Below, piece after piece: positions 59,869 through 64,000 of a DNA stretch of 64,000 nt (positions are counted from its first letter, which is position 1; each line of letters opens with the position of its first letter). The position numbers and the translations under genes were made by a program. Origin of the DNA: Guillardia theta CCMP2712 (Eukaryota; Protista; Cryptophyta); assembly GCF_000315625.1 (NCBI RefSeq), contig NW_005434652.1, forward strand, positions 186,379 to 250,378, written 5' to 3'. Under the pieces are notes generated by a model that did not search any database, was not told the DNA's origin, and was given only the letters and a program-made list of their open reading frames with translations.

Positions 59869-60607
59869 CTCCCAGGTAGCAAACGATCTCCTCTATATCA
59901 TACATTCCATCATAATATGATCCACTTGCCCTAACGTGCTGAGCTCCTTCTTTTGGCATGAGACATCGCTTCTGCTACTTTGTGCTCTTCATCCTCTCTT
60001 CCTCCTCTCCTCTTTCTGATCACTGTTCCTCTTCTCCCTCCTCTCCCTCCCTCCCTCTCCTCCCTCTCCTCCCTGCCTCCCTACCTCCCTACCTCTTCCT
60101 CCCTGTCTCCCTCCTATCCTCTTGATGTTTTTCTTTCCCCCCCATACACACATCCTTTACTCCTGTCCGGGAAGAGTCTCTTACACCACCCTTGCTTCTC
60201 CTACCCCTACCCCCTATTTTACAGTCAAGAATGAACTCAAAAATGGGTCACGGTAGGTACCCCTACCCTATCAAATCTAGTCAAACAGAGTTGTCAACGG
60301 CTCTGAATCTGCTGATATCTTGTTGGTAGGGGAGCAAGGCAAGAGAAAGCGAAAGAGAGAGAGGAGGAGAGGAGGAGAGGAGGAGAGGAGGAGAAGAGGA
60401 GAAGAGGAGAAGAGGAGAGAGGAGAGAGGAGAGGAGGAGAAGAGGAGAGAGGAGAAGAGGAGAAGAGGAGGAGAGGAGGAGAACAGGAGAGAGGAGGAAG
60501 GAGCTACGGAGGATAAGGAGAGGGACAAAGTGCAAGATGGGGCCGGATGGGAAGGAGGAAGAGGAATTTTGCTGCAAGTAATTCACACTGAGTTGAGCAC
60601 ATCAAGC

Positions 60608-63600
60608 ATGTTACGTAGAGGAGGAGGAGAAGGACGACAAGGAAGCAGAGGAAAGTTCAGCGCAGCAGGGATGCAAGGAGCATTCGGAACAAGGACGAAC
60701 TGTGGATGAACAGATTCTCACCTGAGCACTTGAAACATCGTATTGGTGTCCCCTTTCAGCAAAGAATCAATCAAGAGATCCTTGCGCAAATGCACCACCG
60801 GCGCCTGTCGCACTCAGAAATGAGATATGATTTGTTGCGAACCCCTTCTCCTGTATCTTCACAATCCATGCTCATTTCAGGTGAGTTTTTCCTGTTGTAT
60901 GATGATGATAATACATTTGATTTGCTCTGGTGTTGATATTGCTGCATGATATTTCTCATGTCTCTTTTCTTTCTGCATTGCAGATAATTGTTTTGTTGCT
61001 GCCTCTTATGATACGTGTGGAGCAGGTCCGAGCAAAAGTCACTTGCCCAGTCGTCCAATGTCTGCAACCCCAACATCAAAGACATCCTTGTCGTTTGCTG
61101 AAGTGAGATGAGAGCAAGTTCATCCTTCACTCATATCTCTGACATGATCTCTTTCCTTGACAAGAAACCGCTTCCTGAATGCTCAAGATATCTCAACAGT
61201 GCTGAGAAGCAGTGGATAACCGGCTACCTGACAGATCTCTCAAACTTCAAATCGGTGAAGCATCGGCTTTAGCCACGAGACCTGTTTGATATGAAAACTT
61301 GTGTGATTGTCTGGTGAACATTGCGATCAGTGTGCTCAAGATGTTATTCTTTGATGTTTGCTCTCTTTATTCAATCCTGCGTCACGTCATGGTGGGAGGC
61401 AAATGTTTCGCTGACGATGGATATGATTAGAACAAGAGATTGAATACTGAGTTTTAGATTTCACGATTGAAATGTACCTTTCAGATTTCAAGGTTCACCT
61501 TGTCGAAGCTGAATGAAGCGAAGGAGACCGCAAGGCTGAGAGCTGAGAAGGAGAAAGTGAAGCTTGCAGTGATAGTCGATCTTCTCTTCCGTTTTGCCAG
61601 AGTGCACGAAGACATTCACGGTGAGGAGCATCGAGATGCGCGTGAAGATGTTTTGTTGGAAGTGATCATGTGAAAATATTGTGCAGGAAGTGACCATGCA
61701 TGGCAGGAGATTGCATGTCAACATTGGTGAAGGAGCTTGTAACATTCGTCTACACCAACAAAGATGCTGAAACTCTCGAGGCAATGGACAGAGATCCTGA
61801 AGAGGACAACAGACTCTACTACCTGTTCTCAGTCACTCCCATGTAATCCATCCATCGCTCCTCTCCTCTCCTCTTCACCTTGCTGAGAGATCGCGGCAGT
61901 GTGTCCGAGCTCCAGTCAATTCTTGAGAAGGATGACATCCTGATCGCCAGGTAAGAACTCAGCTGAGAAGGAAGAAGCTTGCTTCTCAGAAATCCTTTGC
62001 AGGTGTAAGAACGAGGTCGATAAGACGGTCAAGGCAGAGCGAGTGATGATTCAAGCACAAGCTGAGCTGAGCAGCAAGTTGAATATCATTCAAGTGAGCA
62101 GGGGACTGACAGTCGTCGTCCTTCCCATCTGCTCTCTCCTGTCTTCTTCCCCCTTCACCCTCGCATGCCCTCCCTCCCTCCTTCCCTACCTCCCTCTTAC
62201 CTCCCTCTTACCTCCCTCCCTCTTACCTTCCTCCCCTCCCTTCCTCCCCTCCCTTCCTCCCTTCCTCCCTCCTTCCTTCCCTCCCTCCCTCCCTCCCTCC
62301 CTCCCTCCCTCCCTCCCTCCCTCCCTCCTTCGTCTCTCTCCCTTTCTCCTAACACGTACTCTGTTTGCCTGCCTCCCATCCCTCGCTTCTCCCTCCATCG
62401 CTTCCCTCTAAGTTTTGCGAGTCAGAGTCGCGAGATCGAGTTGACGGCAGAGGTCAGAAAGAACAATGAGCTGATGCTGCAGCTGGAGAAGATGACACAA
62501 AAGGTTGACGAAGAGAGGAGGAGGGTGGAGGGAGGAGGGAGGAGGGAGGAGGGAGGAGAAAGGAAGGGAGAGGAGGAGAGGGGAAGGAGGAGGAGGATGA
62601 GAAGAATGGAGGGTGGGAGAGAAGAGGAGGAAGAAGATGAGGAGGCAGGGATTGATGAAGCAAGGAATACTGACTGTTTTGCTTGTTCAGTGCTATGAAC
62701 TCGAAATATTTCGTCAAAGATGCGAAGACTTGCAGTCTGTGGTATGTGTTGGAACCGAGGACAATTTTCTACTGTCATGTGGAAACGAGTCAATACCTCC
62801 ACCTTTCGTCTTCACATTCTTCTTCCTCCTCTCAAACCTGCTCTTAATCCTGCTCCAACTCAAATGTCTGCTACTGCTCTTGCTCTCATTCCAACCTCCC
62901 TCCGTCAGCTTCCTCCTCCAAACTCCTTCCTTGTTCTTCCTCCCTCCTTGTCTGAACGTTCAACTTGCCTGTTCATGGCTCTGTTTCTTTTTGGTTTTTG
63001 TGACTCGAAAACTCAAGAATGAGGATCTGAGCAAAGACGTGAAGCTGATCCGAAAGCAAAGAGACGATCTCACCCGGGTGACTAAATCCATCCCTACCTC
63101 TTCCTTCCTCCTTCCACCTCCCACCTCCCACCTCCCACCTCCCACCTCCCTCCTCCCTCCTCCCTCCTCCCTCCTCCCTCCTCTTCTTTCCTCCGCATTG
63201 ATCCTTTCTCCTTCTTCCCTCTCTCCTGCCGTTCCCAACCTGCCCTCCTTCTTCGATCATTCTTTCATCCTCTTTCACAGATATGCAGTCAGTCCTCTTC
63301 TAATCTTCCTCCCTCCTCTCCGTCCGTTTTCTCCTCCTGACGGCAAGTCAGCTCGCGCAGGAGCAGGCGGATGAAGTGAAAGCGCTGAGGGACGAGGTGG
63401 ACATCTTTCAAGCTCGCGTTGCTCAGCTCAACAAGTTCGACCACTTGCGGGATACGCAAAGACGGTTCACGTCCTTGCTGTGGGCGACAAAGGTGAAAAC
63501 CATGACAGTTTGAGGAGGAGGCAACTGGAAGTGGAGGAGGAACGTTGCGATGAGTTGTGAGGAGGAGGAGAGAGTGAGGAGGAGGAGAGGAAATTTGTTG

Positions 63601-64000
63601 TTCAATTCATTTCGGCAGATCTCAAAGCAGGGAGCTACCATCTCAGGAATGACTGCAGACATTGAAAAGCTGTGAGTGAGAATGGAGGGAAAGAATCAGA
63701 TATCACCTCAGCTTCTGACAAGAACACGAACAGGAAAGCGGAAAAAGAGAATCTGCAACAACGACTGCAGGCCATTGAGACGATGAACGCAACTGCAAAC
63801 CTGACTATCAAGGTCCTTTCCGCTTCTTTCTTCTTGACCACTTCCTACTCATATAACTTCACGTCTTTCCTTTCTACATCCCTGTCGTGTGCCGTTTTTC
63901 GTTCTCCCCTCCACCTCCTCCTACTCCTCCTCCTCAGCTCCTTCCTCCTCCTCCTCCTTAGCTCCTTCCTCCTCCTCCTCCTTAGCTCCTTCCTCCTCCT
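60608..64000 (+). CDS. Coiled-coil protein (multi-exon, runs off window)
   Basis: Successive short E/K/L/Q-rich exons (e.g. LSKLNEAKETARLRAEKEK, EIELTAEVRKNNELMLQLEKMTQK, KLKNEDLSKDVKLIRKQRDDL) separated by microsatellite introns. Confidence 0.55.

Overview
Gene-dense, intron-rich eukaryotic nuclear DNA with short GT-AG introns and longer introns filled with purine/pyrimidine microsatellites. The style resembles a cryptophyte alga (Guillardia/Hanusia-like), but that assignment is inference. Recognisable genes: an FHA protein, a WW protein, a cNMP/IQ/EF-hand protein, a signal-peptide-bearing EHD ATPase, POLD2, a PDZ protein, WDR55, an intronless TM-C2-permuted NlpC/P60 protein, an RCC1/Cys-rich secreted protein, an RNI-like LRR protein, an FBXO31-like F-box protein and a D-cysteine desulfhydrase/ACC-deaminase-family enzyme. 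The main accessory feature is an intact ~4.36 kb non-LTR retrotransposon (RT + CCHC + restriction-like endonuclease, CRE-like, about 6768-11130). Its RT has YADN instead of YxDD, and it sits in one copy of a ~1.05 kb tandem duplication, so the other copy shows the empty site. The duplicated unit itself holds a convergent pair of related small ORFs. Genes largely alternate in strand, and most head-to-head intervals carry a distinctive GGGT/ACCC-rich block, often beside a CCGG/GAGTC-rich block. Multi-exon gene boundaries were read by eye and are approximate. No rRNA, tRNA or CRISPR array was recognised.
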